DNA from: Thermoguttaceae bacterium
GTDB taxonomy: Bacteria; Planctomycetota; Planctomycetia; Pirellulales; Thermoguttaceae
NCBI GenBank assembly: GCA_017407125.1
Contig: JAFQXE010000025.1
Span: forward strand, 92,591-156,590
Length of the DNA: 64,000 bases
Reading direction: 5' to 3'
Position numbers and translations under genes: made by a program. Shown here piece by piece: positions 35,181-44,142 of this stretch. The number at the start of each line of letters is the position of its first letter. The stretch's first letter is position 1. The notes beneath the pieces are model-generated. The model ran no database searches. It saw only the letters and a list, made by a program, of their open reading frames with translations, and was not told where the DNA came from.

Positions 35181-36200
35181 ATGAGAACTCGTCCCCAGCG
35201 AATAGCTTTGTCAAGAATTGTCAATACGGTTATAACGAAGAACGTCTCAGACGCTTCTTCGGCTCTTTCTGCGTCGCCGCTTCCGGACGTTCCGCCGTCG
35301 GCTGAGGAAGAAGTCAATCCGTGGGTTGGCAAAACGATTCGAATTGGTTTCAGTCCTTATTTAAGCCATGTCCCTATAACGCTCAATTTAGAACAAACGG
35401 CTCAGGAAAATGACATTCCAGTCGAAATCTCTCAAGGTTCGCAGGAAGAGATTCGCCAGATGTTTTTTAATGACGAGCTGGACCTGGCTTTGGTTTCGTT
35501 GACAGACTATTTTCAGCGTCCGGAATCGTATATTTCGTCTGACGTCTGTATTTGCAGCGAAGGGTTGGTTCGTTCTGTATTGCTCTACGGCCGCGTTCAG
35601 CAGCCCAATCAGATTAAAACGATCGCCTTGTATCCGACTTCAGAGACGTATGTTCTCATGACGAAAATTCTAATGGCGGAACGTTTTGACGCCCATCCGG
35701 AATTTATCGTTCTGGATAAAACGGATAAATGGGAACTGACGAACGCGGACGCCGTTTTGCTTGTTGGCGATCGCGCGCTGCAGCAGCCGTCTCGCGGCGA
35801 TCGTTTTTCTTTTGTTTGGGATATGGGGCAGCGTTGGACACAGTGGACAGGCATCCCGTTTACTTATAGTTTTTGGCTGGCAAAAGACAAAGCTTTGGGA
35901 CGCTACATCGCCCCGACGTTGTCACAGACTCGAGATAAAGGCGTTGAACAATTGCCGAGTCTGGCGTTACAGGGAGCGCGCCGATTGAAAATTGATCCGG
36001 AGTACTGTCACGATTATTTGAATTCCAAATTGTCGTTCCGTCTGGGCGGCCGACAGCGAAAAGGCGTTGAAATCTTCTGCCGACTGGCGAAAAAACATCT
36101 GCTTATCGATATCGGCGCTCCGATTCCGTTCAATAATCAATATCGATTCCGCCGACGCGAACAGGAACTGGATAAAATCGAACAAACGGACGCCGAGTAG
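35181..36200 (+). CDS. mqnA: chorismate dehydratase (futalosine-pathway menaquinone biosynthesis), MqnA-like
   Basis: Blocks IRIGFSPYLSHVPI, ADAVLLVGDRAL and WDMGQRWTQWTGIPFTYSFWLAKD match my memory of the MqnA (VitK2_biosynth) pattern. The ~45-aa N-terminal extension is uncertain. Confidence 0.65.
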   Translation: MRTRPQRIALSRIVNTVITKNVSDASSALSASPLPDVPPSAEEEVNPWVGKTIRIGFSPYLSHVPITLNLEQTAQENDIPVEISQGSQEEIRQMFFNDELDLALVSLTDYFQRPESYISSDVCICSEGLVRSVLLYGRVQQPNQIKTIALYPTSETYVLMTKILMAERFDAHPEFIVLDKTDKWELTNADAVLLVGDRALQQPSRGDRFSFVWDMGQRWTQWTGIPFTYSFWLAKDKALGRYIAPTLSQTRDKGVEQLPSLALQGARRLKIDPEYCHDYLNSKLSFRLGGRQRKGVEIFCRLAKKHLLIDIGAPIPFNNQYRFRRREQELDKIEQTDAE

Positions 36201-36229
36201 ACGTATATATTATAGTTGAGGACATATCC

Positions 36230-36292
36230 GGGGAGCGGACATTGTCCGCGATAATCAAAGGTTGATTGTTTTTAGGCGGGTAATACCCGCCC
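36230..36292 (-). repeat. bipartite palindromic element, copy B (inverted orientation)
   Basis: ggggagcggacattgtccgc - linker - ggcgggtaatacccgcc. The linker aatcaaaggttgatt matches copy C. Ends 8 nt before the TPR gene ATG. Confidence 0.75.
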
Positions 36293-36300
36293 CCCCTGTT

Positions 36301-38037
36301 ATGCGTATATATTCGATAATTCCGTTTTTAGCGATTCTTGTTTGTTCGTCTTTTGCTTTGGCGCAAAGCGCTCCATCGTTGGATCAGGCGAAAAGTCTTC
36401 AACAGCAGGGGCGTTTCCCGGAAGCGATTGAAGTTTATAAACAGCTTATAGAAAACGACGACGAAAACGTTGCTTTGCAGCTCGGTCTGGCGGACTGCTA
36501 TCTTGGAAATCGGAATTATTCCGAGGCTCTGATGGTTCTGTATTCTGTAATCGCTCAGGACAAAACGGTCTTGCCGGCTTACGCCAAACTGGCGCAGCTC
36601 AATGCCATCCAGCTTCACAACGTCGCCGACGCTCAGACGATTCTCGATAAAATGACAGACGCCAACCCGGAATCGGCGGAGGCGTTTGCTGTCAAGGCGC
36701 AATATCTGCTTCAATGGGGAGAAAAGGAGAAGGCGTTAGCCGCCGCCGGAAAGATGGTTCAGCTGGACAAGTCGCCCGCCAGCGCTCTGCGTCTGTTACA
36801 GATTTTGATTAAAGCCGATAAAATCGAAGAAGCGGAAAAGGCATTGACAGAATTGAAAAAAGAGCCGTTCGCGCCGTTTATGATGGAATTCTTTGACGCT
36901 CAGATTCTTATGGCGAAAAAGAACTGGACGGAAGCGTTGAGCAAATTTGAAAGCGTTCTTAAAGAAGCGGAATCAAAACCGGAATTGTCGCCCATCGCGG
37001 CGCAGACGTATGAGTTTATGGGGTCTTGCTGTGAACATTTGACGCAATACGACCGTCAGCTGGAATGTTTCAACGAGGCGTTGGATTACAACCCCTCGTC
37101 CATGTCGGCGCAGCTGGGGCGCGCGATGGCGTTATATCATCTTAAACGCAATGAGGATTCGTTGGCGGTTTTCAACGAGATTAAAAAGTCGATTGGCGAC
37201 GCAGCGTTTTTCAGCGACCCCCGAATTCGGGCTTTGTATTTGAAGCTGGAACTGGAGCGGCAGAGCGCTCTTTCGCCGGAAGAACGGATCAAGGCGCAGG
37301 AAGAGTTTGTCAAACAGAGTGTCGACGAAGACAACCCGGACGATCCGGTTTCGATTTTAGCGCAGTGCGAACTGCTGCTGCGTCAGGAAAAAGTTGAGGA
37401 AGCCAGAAATCTGCTGACCGCTGCGTTGGATAAAGACCCTCAAAAAGCCGCGTATTGGGCGGCTCTGGCAATGGTCGAACTTAAAGTGAAAAATTTCGAC
37501 GCCGCTTCTCATGTTATTGCAGACGGAAAAAATAAAATTGGTTTTTCTCCTGCGCTGCTCAACGTTGAATTGAAACTCATTTTAAGTCAGGATAAAACCG
37601 CCGCCAAAGAGAAAATTGATCAGTTGGTTAAGGAACTCGTCTATTTGCCGGCAGACCAGAAAGCTTTGGCGTTCAAAACGGTTGCCGAGGCGTTCATTCT
37701 TCTCAAAGAATACGATCGAGTGCAGGAACTGCTTCAAACGGTGGAACAGCTCAATCCCAAAGACGAAATGGTTCCCTTTTTCCGAATGAAAGTCGCCTTT
37801 GCCGCCAACGACGCTGCATTATTGTTACAGCAGTTAGGCAAAGTCCAAAAGACGTTTGGCGTGGAATCGCCGGAATCGTATTTCGGTCAGGCGTTGTACG
37901 TTATTCTTCAGGTGAGAACCGGCGCTGCGCCAAAGTCGGATTTGGATAAAGCCCGAGCGCTGATTTACAAGGCGAAAGAGCTTCGCCCCGGCTGGAAAGA
38001 GCTTCAGCAGTTCCGCTTGCCTGTAAAGACGATGTAG
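36301..38037 (+). CDS. TPR-repeat protein, secreted
   Basis: Signal peptide MRIYSIIPFLAILVCSSFALAQ followed by repeated A/L/Y-rich 34-aa-like helical repeats. The ORF-track start at 36262 lies inside repeat copy B. Confidence 0.75.
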   Translation: MRIYSIIPFLAILVCSSFALAQSAPSLDQAKSLQQQGRFPEAIEVYKQLIENDDENVALQLGLADCYLGNRNYSEALMVLYSVIAQDKTVLPAYAKLAQLNAIQLHNVADAQTILDKMTDANPESAEAFAVKAQYLLQWGEKEKALAAAGKMVQLDKSPASALRLLQILIKADKIEEAEKALTELKKEPFAPFMMEFFDAQILMAKKNWTEALSKFESVLKEAESKPELSPIAAQTYEFMGSCCEHLTQYDRQLECFNEALDYNPSSMSAQLGRAMALYHLKRNEDSLAVFNEIKKSIGDAAFFSDPRIRALYLKLELERQSALSPEERIKAQEEFVKQSVDEDNPDDPVSILAQCELLLRQEKVEEARNLLTAALDKDPQKAAYWAALAMVELKVKNFDAASHVIADGKNKIGFSPALLNVELKLILSQDKTAAKEKIDQLVKELVYLPADQKALAFKTVAEAFILLKEYDRVQELLQTVEQLNPKDEMVPFFRMKVAFAANDAALLLQQLGKVQKTFGVESPESYFGQALYVILQVRTGAAPKSDLDKARALIYKAKELRPGWKELQQFRLPVKTM

Positions 38038-38081
38038 GCTGGATATTCAATTCCTGAATTCCCGATTATTTCCTTTTTCCT

Positions 38082-38114
38082 CCCCCTTGTTTTTTCTTAA
38101 ATAGTGATTATAAT
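38082..38114 (+). promoter_or_regulatory. promoter candidate CCCCC-TTGTTT-N16-TATAAT upstream of rubrerythrin
   Basis: TTGTTT at 38087-38092, 16-nt spacer, TATAAT at 38109-38114, in an AT-rich 215-nt intergenic region. Confidence 0.4.
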
Positions 38115-38252
38115 TTTATAAACATTTTGAGAAAGATTATCAAAAATATTCTTATCAAAAATATTTAAAAGACGGTTTACTTAATTGGAAGATAATTTGG
38201 TACATATTCCAATAATCGTTTTGACCCCCTAATTTTTACAAGGAGTTAGATT

Positions 38253-38807
38253 ATGGCTAAATTTGTATGCCCCGTTTGCGGTTACGTTTATGAAGGCGAC
38301 GCGGCTCCGGAAAAATGCCCGCAGTGCGGCGTTCCCGGCAGCAAGTTCATCAAGAAGGAAGAAGCCGACGCTGGCATCAGCTTCGCGACCGTTCATTCAA
38401 TTGGCGACGGCAAAGTTGACGATCAGGAAATCATGGACGGACTTCACGCCAATTTCACCGGCGAATGCACCGAAGTTGGCATGTACCTGGCGATGAGCCG
38501 TCAGGCGGAACGCGAAGGATACCCGGAAATCGCCGACGCGTTCAAGCGTTACGCTTTTGAAGAAGCTGAACACGCCGCCAAGTTTGCGGAACTGCTGGGC
38601 GAAGTTGTTACCCCTTGCACGAAAACGAACCTTCAGCTGCGCGTTGAAGCGGAAACCGGCGCCTGCGCTGGCAAGTTCGAATTGGCGAAGCGCGCCAAGG
38701 AACTCGGATTCGACGCCATTCACGACACCGTTCACGAAATGGCAAAGGACGAAGCGCGTCACGGAGCCGGTTTCGCCGGATTGCTCAAGAGATTCTTTGA
38801 AAAATAA
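38253..38807 (+). CDS. reverse rubrerythrin (N-terminal rubredoxin-like domain plus diiron ferritin-like domain)
   Basis: [21 protein letters not shown] at the N-terminus, then the ferritin-like E..E..H pairs [26 protein letters not shown] and [19 protein letters not shown]. Confidence 0.9.
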   Translation: MAKFVCPVCGYVYEGDAAPEKCPQCGVPGSKFIKKEEADAGISFATVHSIGDGKVDDQEIMDGLHANFTGECTEVGMYLAMSRQAEREGYPEIADAFKRYAFEEAEHAAKFAELLGEVVTPCTKTNLQLRVEAETGACAGKFELAKRAKELGFDAIHDTVHEMAKDEARHGAGFAGLLKRFFEK

Positions 38808-38845
38808 GGCGGCAAACCTGCCTTCAAAATGAATTTTTCATTTAT

Positions 38846-38874
38846 GACGCTGTCTGAAGACAGCGTCTTTTTTT
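38846..38874 (+). terminator. rho-independent terminator of the rubrerythrin gene
   Basis: gacgctgtc-tgaa-gacagcgtc followed by T7. Confidence 0.8.
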
Positions 38875-38920
38875 GTTGAATCAGAATAGCGCCTATTTCT
38901 CTGCTTCCCAATAATTACTG

Positions 38921-38952
38921 CCTCTTGACTATTTTTGAATTCTGTTTATACT
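38921..38952 (+). promoter_or_regulatory. promoter candidate CCTC-TTGACT-N16-TATACT
   Basis: TTGACT at 38925-38930 and TATACT at 38947-38952, about 80 nt upstream of the ATG at 39035. Confidence 0.4.
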
Positions 38953-39034
38953 TGTAATAAAATGTAATAGTGACACATTGTCGCGAGTTTAAATGGTTAT
39001 TCACAACACCCTGTTTTACGCGCTATTTTAACAA

Positions 39035-40456
39035 ATGAATCATAGCTTTATTATCCGAACGAATGAGAAACTGGATGCAACTGAGATCCTGAAATGTATT
39101 GCAGAAGAATACCCAATAATTGTTTTCAAAGATGAATTTCCCGAGCTTACTTTCGTATACGCCGGACGTTCTTCTCGCCCAATTCAAATCCTTAAAATAG
39201 ACGACGGATACGAGGTTCGTCTTCTCACGCTTTCTTCGGAATACGATTTTTATCTGGTCGAGGACGTTGTCAAACTTCTTTGTGCAATGACGTTTGCCGA
39301 TGGATATGACGTTTTGGGAGAGGAAGTTGATTATTGCGACGATTTTTTTGTCCCTCAAAATTTTGAACTCCGGCGTCAGGACGACATCCGTTTTATAAAA
39401 AGCGCTCTTGCATCGTCTGGTTCGTTTGTTGAACTTCCAGCCGGGAGATGCAATATATTTGTAGGTTTTGATTTCTTGCGTCGAGCGGGCGTTACTGTAA
39501 CGTCGGAGGACGAACGTTTTCATGACCGCCTGACCGCCGCCATGGCTCAAGCGCTTTTTATGATGATGGTTAAAAGTCACAATGACGACGATATGGAAAT
39601 TCGCAGCAAGGATAATCCGGATCAATACATGAGTCTTTCCTCTTATCGTTATCCTGACGACAATAATATTGACTATCTTGCTTTCGGAGAATTGCTGACG
39701 CTGGAAGACGCGCGTTCAAAAAGCCATGTGGAAATTCTATATAATGATTTTCAAAAGATAGCGCCTGACGGCTGGACTTTAATTGACGAGGTTCAGTACA
39801 AAGTTGTCCCGTTTACAGACCAGTCATGGGAAGATTTATTCAACAAGGCCAAAGAACTTCAGTGGGATGGTTCTTTTGGAAAACGGACGCAAAGCGATAA
39901 ACCGATTTCTGAACCCAGTGCAATGTTTAATCAGCCATCTGAGCTTGTCGGTTCTTCCTTCGGGTACGATTACCACGATGGCTCCCATCAGGATTTCGGG
40001 TATTCAAAAGAAGACGTTGAACTGTTGCTGGAATTCGGCAAGGCGATTGAGTCCGGGACGTCCGATTATTTCAGTCAGGGGTTTCTGGAATGCGACCTGG
40101 GCATATTGTACGAAAAGGGAATTGGCGTCGAAATGGACTGTTACAAGGCGGTTTACTGGTATGAAAAAGCTGCGGCTGACGACAACGACTATGCGCGGTG
40201 CAATCTGGCGGACATTCTCCGCAAGGGAACCGGCGGCGTTGAAGTTGACTGGACGCGAGCGTTTGAAATCTATAAAACCGTTAAACAGCCGTACGGACCG
40301 TTTCGCGTGGGATACATGTACGAACACGGCATGGGCGTAAAAAAGAGCATGAAAAAGGCGATTAAATGGTATTTGAAAGGACATCGCCATTTCCTCGCCG
40401 CTAAACGTCTGCGAGAGCTGGGCATTGACCCGGACTGCGTCGATGATGATATTTAA
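39035..40456 (+). CDS. hypothetical protein with C-terminal Sel1-like repeats
   Basis: 473 aa. The C-terminal ~120 aa show the Sel1 pattern (YEKGIGVEMDCYKAVYWYEKAA.., GYMYEHGMGVKKSMKKAIKWY). The N-terminal ~330 aa are unassigned. Confidence 0.7.
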   Translation: MNHSFIIRTNEKLDATEILKCIAEEYPIIVFKDEFPELTFVYAGRSSRPIQILKIDDGYEVRLLTLSSEYDFYLVEDVVKLLCAMTFADGYDVLGEEVDYCDDFFVPQNFELRRQDDIRFIKSALASSGSFVELPAGRCNIFVGFDFLRRAGVTVTSEDERFHDRLTAAMAQALFMMMVKSHNDDDMEIRSKDNPDQYMSLSSYRYPDDNNIDYLAFGELLTLEDARSKSHVEILYNDFQKIAPDGWTLIDEVQYKVVPFTDQSWEDLFNKAKELQWDGSFGKRTQSDKPISEPSAMFNQPSELVGSSFGYDYHDGSHQDFGYSKEDVELLLEFGKAIESGTSDYFSQGFLECDLGILYEKGIGVEMDCYKAVYWYEKAAADDNDYARCNLADILRKGTGGVEVDWTRAFEIYKTVKQPYGPFRVGYMYEHGMGVKKSMKKAIKWYLKGHRHFLAAKRLRELGIDPDCVDDDI

Positions 40457-40488
40457 GAACCGCTGGCGTTTGATTTCGTTCATACAAG

Positions 40489-40559
40489 GACGCGTTATCA
40501 GATGTAACGCGTCATACGCTTGACAGTAAGACGCAGCGCAGCGCCTTACTGCCTTTTTT
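40489..40559 (+). terminator. two tandem hairpins between convergent genes
   Basis: gacgcgtta-tcagatg-taacgcgtc at 40489-40513, and cagtaag..cttactg at 40524-40551 followed by a T6 run. Confidence 0.45.
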
Positions 40560-42168
40560 AATCTTCAGGCTTTTTGACCAGCTTGGATAAGCTCTTACAG
40601 TATTTGCCGTCGGGACGGAGGGCGTTCGCCCAAAAGTTCTGTTCGCTCAGCGGGGCGGTTTTGACGAATTCCCAATGGCGTTCAACCTGTTCCGAGGCGT
40701 CGTCTTGAGCAAAGAATTCGTTGAGCTTCTGTCCGTCCGCCATCGTCTGACCTCCGAAGCTGAACGGCGGGTTGATTAACTTCTCAAACTCTTTGACGGT
40801 TTGTTTCCCGTTCGAGTTAATCAGTTTTTCTTTGATGAGCGTATTGAGAACGGATCCGGAAAAGGTGTTACAGTTAATCGTTTTGACGTTTTTGTCTGTG
40901 TAGGGGACGGGACTGTAAACCATGCCGTCAGGGAATAGTTTGTCATATTGCTTCCCCAACTCGACAATACGGTTCCACGTTTTGCGATAATCGTCCGTTG
41001 AGAGCTTCATCATTCTCAAAGCCGGGGCGGGCAAGTCGTTGGGAGAATGTCCGTTCAGATAATTTTTCAGCGCGTCCGTATCGAAATCGTAAGCGTTTTC
41101 CTGTGGATAGCAGCGGCTTTGGTAGTTGGTAAACCCGTCCTGATCCGGAACCGCCATGCTGAGCATGTTGACGTAATAGCCGCGTTGGAGTTTGGTAAAT
41201 CGCAGAGCGTTAAGACGCAGAGTTTTAAGACTCAGAGCTTTAAGATCAAATTTTTTCCACTGGGCGTTTTCACCTCTGGGGTCTTTGGTTATTAAACAAA
41301 ATCCGGAATGAGAAAACCCGCCGCAGCGCGACGAGTAAATATTGACGCCTGGAACATTGTAGGCGGTGTCGTTTGTATAGAGATAAACGCCGCTTTCCAG
41401 TTCCTGGTCTTTATAGGGAATTGATGGCTTGCAGAGTTTTCCTGTTCCAATAGCCGTTAAAAATAGAGGGAGAAGAATAAAAAAGATTCCAGTAAAAAAG
41501 CGAACGTCAGAATGATATTTCGATAACGGCGCATAAGCGCTTTTTCTGAGATACCATATATGAAAAGCGATGAGATAAACGATGATAACGGGGAGTTCAT
41601 ATATGAGCAGTTGATGTTTGATGGAAGACGAAGAAGCGTAACTGACATCCCAGCAATAGCCTACAAAAAAACCAACAACAACTGCCGAAAGCGCTGAGAG
41701 AATTATCCAAAACAAAGCAAACAGAATATGAATAAATACATTGTATAATAAAGAATGAGACATTCTTTTTGTTTTTTCAACGGACGGGGCAGAGGATTCT
41801 TCTAAAACTTCCCCATCTTTATTGTTAGACGTCTGCTGATCGGCAATGCCGTTGTGATTATATGAAAATAAAAAGTTTATTATTCCAAGTATTGTAAGAA
41901 ATATAATCGAACACAGTAAACCCGCGCATATTCCCAAACCGACTCCGAAATAACGGGCTAAAAGATCCTTGGGATCAAAAGAAGTCGTAATTTGTTGATA
42001 AAAATAAACTGGCGCCAGGAAAATTACACAGGGGACAATCAGAAGAAGAATTGCAAAAATAGCGCCAGAATAATTTCCGTTAGCCGCTTCTTCTAGCGCG
42101 TCTTGTGGTAGTCTTCTAATAAATGCCCAAAATCCGTTGCTTTTGTTTTTGTTATCCATATTATTCAT
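40558..42168 (-). CDS. hypothetical multi-pass membrane protein with a large C-terminal soluble domain
   Basis: 536 aa. About 6 hydrophobic spans in the first 240 aa, then a hydrophilic ~290-aa domain. No family recognised. Confidence 0.7.
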   Translation of the reverse strand: MNNMDNKNKSNGFWAFIRRLPQDALEEAANGNYSGAIFAILLLIVPCVIFLAPVYFYQQITTSFDPKDLLARYFGVGLGICAGLLCSIIFLTILGIINFLFSYNHNGIADQQTSNNKDGEVLEESSAPSVEKTKRMSHSLLYNVFIHILFALFWIILSALSAVVVGFFVGYCWDVSYASSSSIKHQLLIYELPVIIVYLIAFHIWYLRKSAYAPLSKYHSDVRFFTGIFFILLPLFLTAIGTGKLCKPSIPYKDQELESGVYLYTNDTAYNVPGVNIYSSRCGGFSHSGFCLITKDPRGENAQWKKFDLKALSLKTLRLNALRFTKLQRGYYVNMLSMAVPDQDGFTNYQSRCYPQENAYDFDTDALKNYLNGHSPNDLPAPALRMMKLSTDDYRKTWNRIVELGKQYDKLFPDGMVYSPVPYTDKNVKTINCNTFSGSVLNTLIKEKLINSNGKQTVKEFEKLINPPFSFGGQTMADGQKLNEFFAQDDASEQVERHWEFVKTAPLSEQNFWANALRPDGKYCKSLSKLVKKPED

Positions 42169-42183
42169 GATTTTTTGTGACGT

Positions 42184-43245
42184 TTATCCTAATATTCTTT
42201 TCGATCCTTCGCCGGGAACTTCTCGCGCCAGGCGGGGAACGGCGTAGCCGGGAAGCCGGTTGCGAATCTCAGCGATAAGCTCCATCGCGGTTTTATCGTC
42301 GACAACGAAATGCGCCGCGCCGGCGACGTGGTCTAACAAATGGAGGTAGTACGGAACGACGCTGCAGTTGATGAGTTTTTCGTACAGCGCGCAAAGGGCG
42401 TCGGCCGAATCGTTGACCTCTTTGAGCAGCGTTCCCTGCTGAAGCATGACGGCGCCGGTTTTTCTCAAACGGTCAAACGCCTCAACGACTTCGTCGTCGA
42501 TTTCGTTGGCGTGGTTGACGTGCGAGACGAAAATCAGCGTTCTCTTTTTGTCTACGACTTCCGAAAACAGCCTCAGAAGCTCGTCGTCAATGCGGGGCGG
42601 ATAGTAAATCGTCATTCGGGAATGAATGCGGATTCGCTTGACATGCTCAATAGTCAGCAGGCGGTCGAAAAGTTCGCGAAGCTGTCTGTTGTCCAACCGA
42701 AGGGGGTCGCCTCCGGAGAGAATGACCTCGTTGACGTCCGGCGAATTTTGTATAAAATCAATCGCAGATAGCAGATGCGGAATCTTACTTCCCGCCGCTT
42801 GACAACCGAGAACGCCGTTTTGAGCGGGTTCCCCAGTCTCGTTTTCTTCGCTATTTTTCAACGAAAAGCGTCGAAAACAGAATCGACAGGCGCCTCCGCA
42901 GGCGTTGGAAGCGATGAGCAAAACCCGTCCAGAATATTTTGCCAGTAAATTTTGCCCCCTATACTGTTCTTTTAACGGATTTCTGGTATAATCAGGAGGA
43001 CTGGAAAGCTCACAGGCAGACGGAAGCGTCTGCAAGAGGAGCGGATCGCGCGGGTTTCCCGGCTCAATTCGCCTTGCGAAACAGCGGGTAACTCGCACTG
43101 GCTGCACTTCCGCCGCAGCGTCTAACGCGGCTAACGCGTCGGGCGCGCCGGGAAGCTGGCTTATCTGGTCGGCTGATATGCGCGCGAACGCCAGCAGTTC
43201 AGCCGGAGAACTCAGAATTTCATCAGGATGCGGGAATTGGTACAT
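42184..43245 (-). CDS. epmB: KamA-family radical SAM lysine 2,3-aminomutase (EF-P beta-lysylation protein)
   Basis: Radical SAM cluster motif CGGACRFCFRRF, plus SGGDPL and a family-typical C-terminal half. Divergent from efp. Confidence 0.85.
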   Translation of the reverse strand: MYQFPHPDEILSSPAELLAFARISADQISQLPGAPDALAALDAAAEVQPVRVTRCFARRIEPGNPRDPLLLQTLPSACELSSPPDYTRNPLKEQYRGQNLLAKYSGRVLLIASNACGGACRFCFRRFSLKNSEENETGEPAQNGVLGCQAAGSKIPHLLSAIDFIQNSPDVNEVILSGGDPLRLDNRQLRELFDRLLTIEHVKRIRIHSRMTIYYPPRIDDELLRLFSEVVDKKRTLIFVSHVNHANEIDDEVVEAFDRLRKTGAVMLQQGTLLKEVNDSADALCALYEKLINCSVVPYYLHLLDHVAGAAHFVVDDKTAMELIAEIRNRLPGYAVPRLAREVPGEGSKRILG

Positions 43246-43296
43246 GATTCACGCATATTATAATCAATATTTTTTTTAAGAAAAGGACTACTTACC

Positions 43297-43866
43297 GTGA
43301 CAACGTACAATACCAGCGACTTCCGTAAAGGATTGAAGGTTCAAATTGACGGCGACCCGTACATCATGACCGAATGCAACTTCGTCAAGCCGGGCAAAGG
43401 ACAGGCTCTTTACAAGTGCAAGCTCCGCAACCTCATTCGCGGCACGATTCTTGACCGCACCTGGAAGAGCGGCGACTCCATCGAAGGCACCGACATCGAA
43501 GAAATCGACGCCCAGTTCCTCTACGCTCAGGGCGACACCTACGTCTTCATGAACAACGAAACCTACGATCAGTACGAGCTGACCAAGGATTTGGTTGACG
43601 ACGCCTGGAAGTACCTCAAAGAAGGCATGATTTGCACGATGATGCTTCACAACAACAATCCGCTGGGAGTTACGCCGCCCAACCACGTCGTTCTGGAAAT
43701 CGCCTTTGCGGAACCCGCCGTTCGCGGAAACACCGCTACCAACGTTACCAAAACCGCCAAGCTCGAAACCGGCGCTGACATCATCGTCCCGAACTTTGTC
43801 GAACAGGGCGAAAAGATTAAAGTCGACACCCGAACCGGCGAATACATCGAAAGAGTCAAGGAATAA
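43297..43866 (+). CDS. efp: elongation factor P
   Basis: GTG start. The N-terminus ..DFRKGLKVQIDGDPYIMTECNFVKPGKGQALYKCKLRNL carries the modifiable Lys in KPGKGQA. Confidence 0.95.
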   Translation: MTTYNTSDFRKGLKVQIDGDPYIMTECNFVKPGKGQALYKCKLRNLIRGTILDRTWKSGDSIEGTDIEEIDAQFLYAQGDTYVFMNNETYDQYELTKDLVDDAWKYLKEGMICTMMLHNNNPLGVTPPNHVVLEIAFAEPAVRGNTATNVTKTAKLETGADIIVPNFVEQGEKIKVDTRTGEYIERVKE

Positions 43867-44142
43867 AAAAATTAATGGAAGGCGGTAATGGAGTGAGCGT
43901 TAGCGAACGGAATTACGCATTCGCCGTTAGGCGAACGTGATGCCGGGTACATTTTTTATGGTTCGCCTTCGGCGGTGCGAAGCCGCACGGGCAATAGGAC
44001 AAGGTTTTGTTTCCGAATAAGTTGCTTTCGGCGCATCCCGCTTCCAATCAGGAACCGACCTTGTCGGCTGCGTAACTCCACTCCCGTTGGTCGTTTCGTT
44101 ACCGCCTTTCATCCACCTGTAACTCGCAACTCGCAACTTAAT
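43867..44142 (+). promoter_or_regulatory. 276-nt hairpin-rich intergenic region / gcvPA leader (function unknown)
   Basis: Series of hairpins: ttcgcc-gtta-ggcgaa, ggcgaac..gttcgcc, gtgcg-aagc-cgcac. Ends in the gtaactc gcaactc gcaactt heptamer array at 44119-44139. Confidence 0.3.

Noticed and set aside
39023-39625. A 200-aa minus-strand ORF overlapping the start of the 39035-40456 gene.
   Set aside because: It lies entirely inside the better-supported + strand gene, which has its own promoter candidate. Its composition is AT-driven and Lys/Ile/Phe-rich, with no motifs.
43867-44142. A canonical glycine riboswitch upstream of gcvPA.
   Set aside because: I found only a weak partial match to the CUCAGGCAAAAGGAC core. 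There is no GGAGAG...CCGAAGG arrangement, and the candidate junction is sequestered in a perfect tetraloop hairpin. Kept only as an unassigned structured leader pending cmsearch.
43975-44142. N-terminal extensions suggested by the ORF track: gcvPA from 43975, the TPR protein from 36262, the glycosidase from 59334, the ABC ATPase from 3216, the PD-(D/E)XK protein from 20172, and the MTase from 23250.
   Set aside because: The extensions run through repeat elements or upstream genes, are Arg-rich or otherwise atypical, and downstream ATGs have RBSs and family-typical N-termini or signal peptides.
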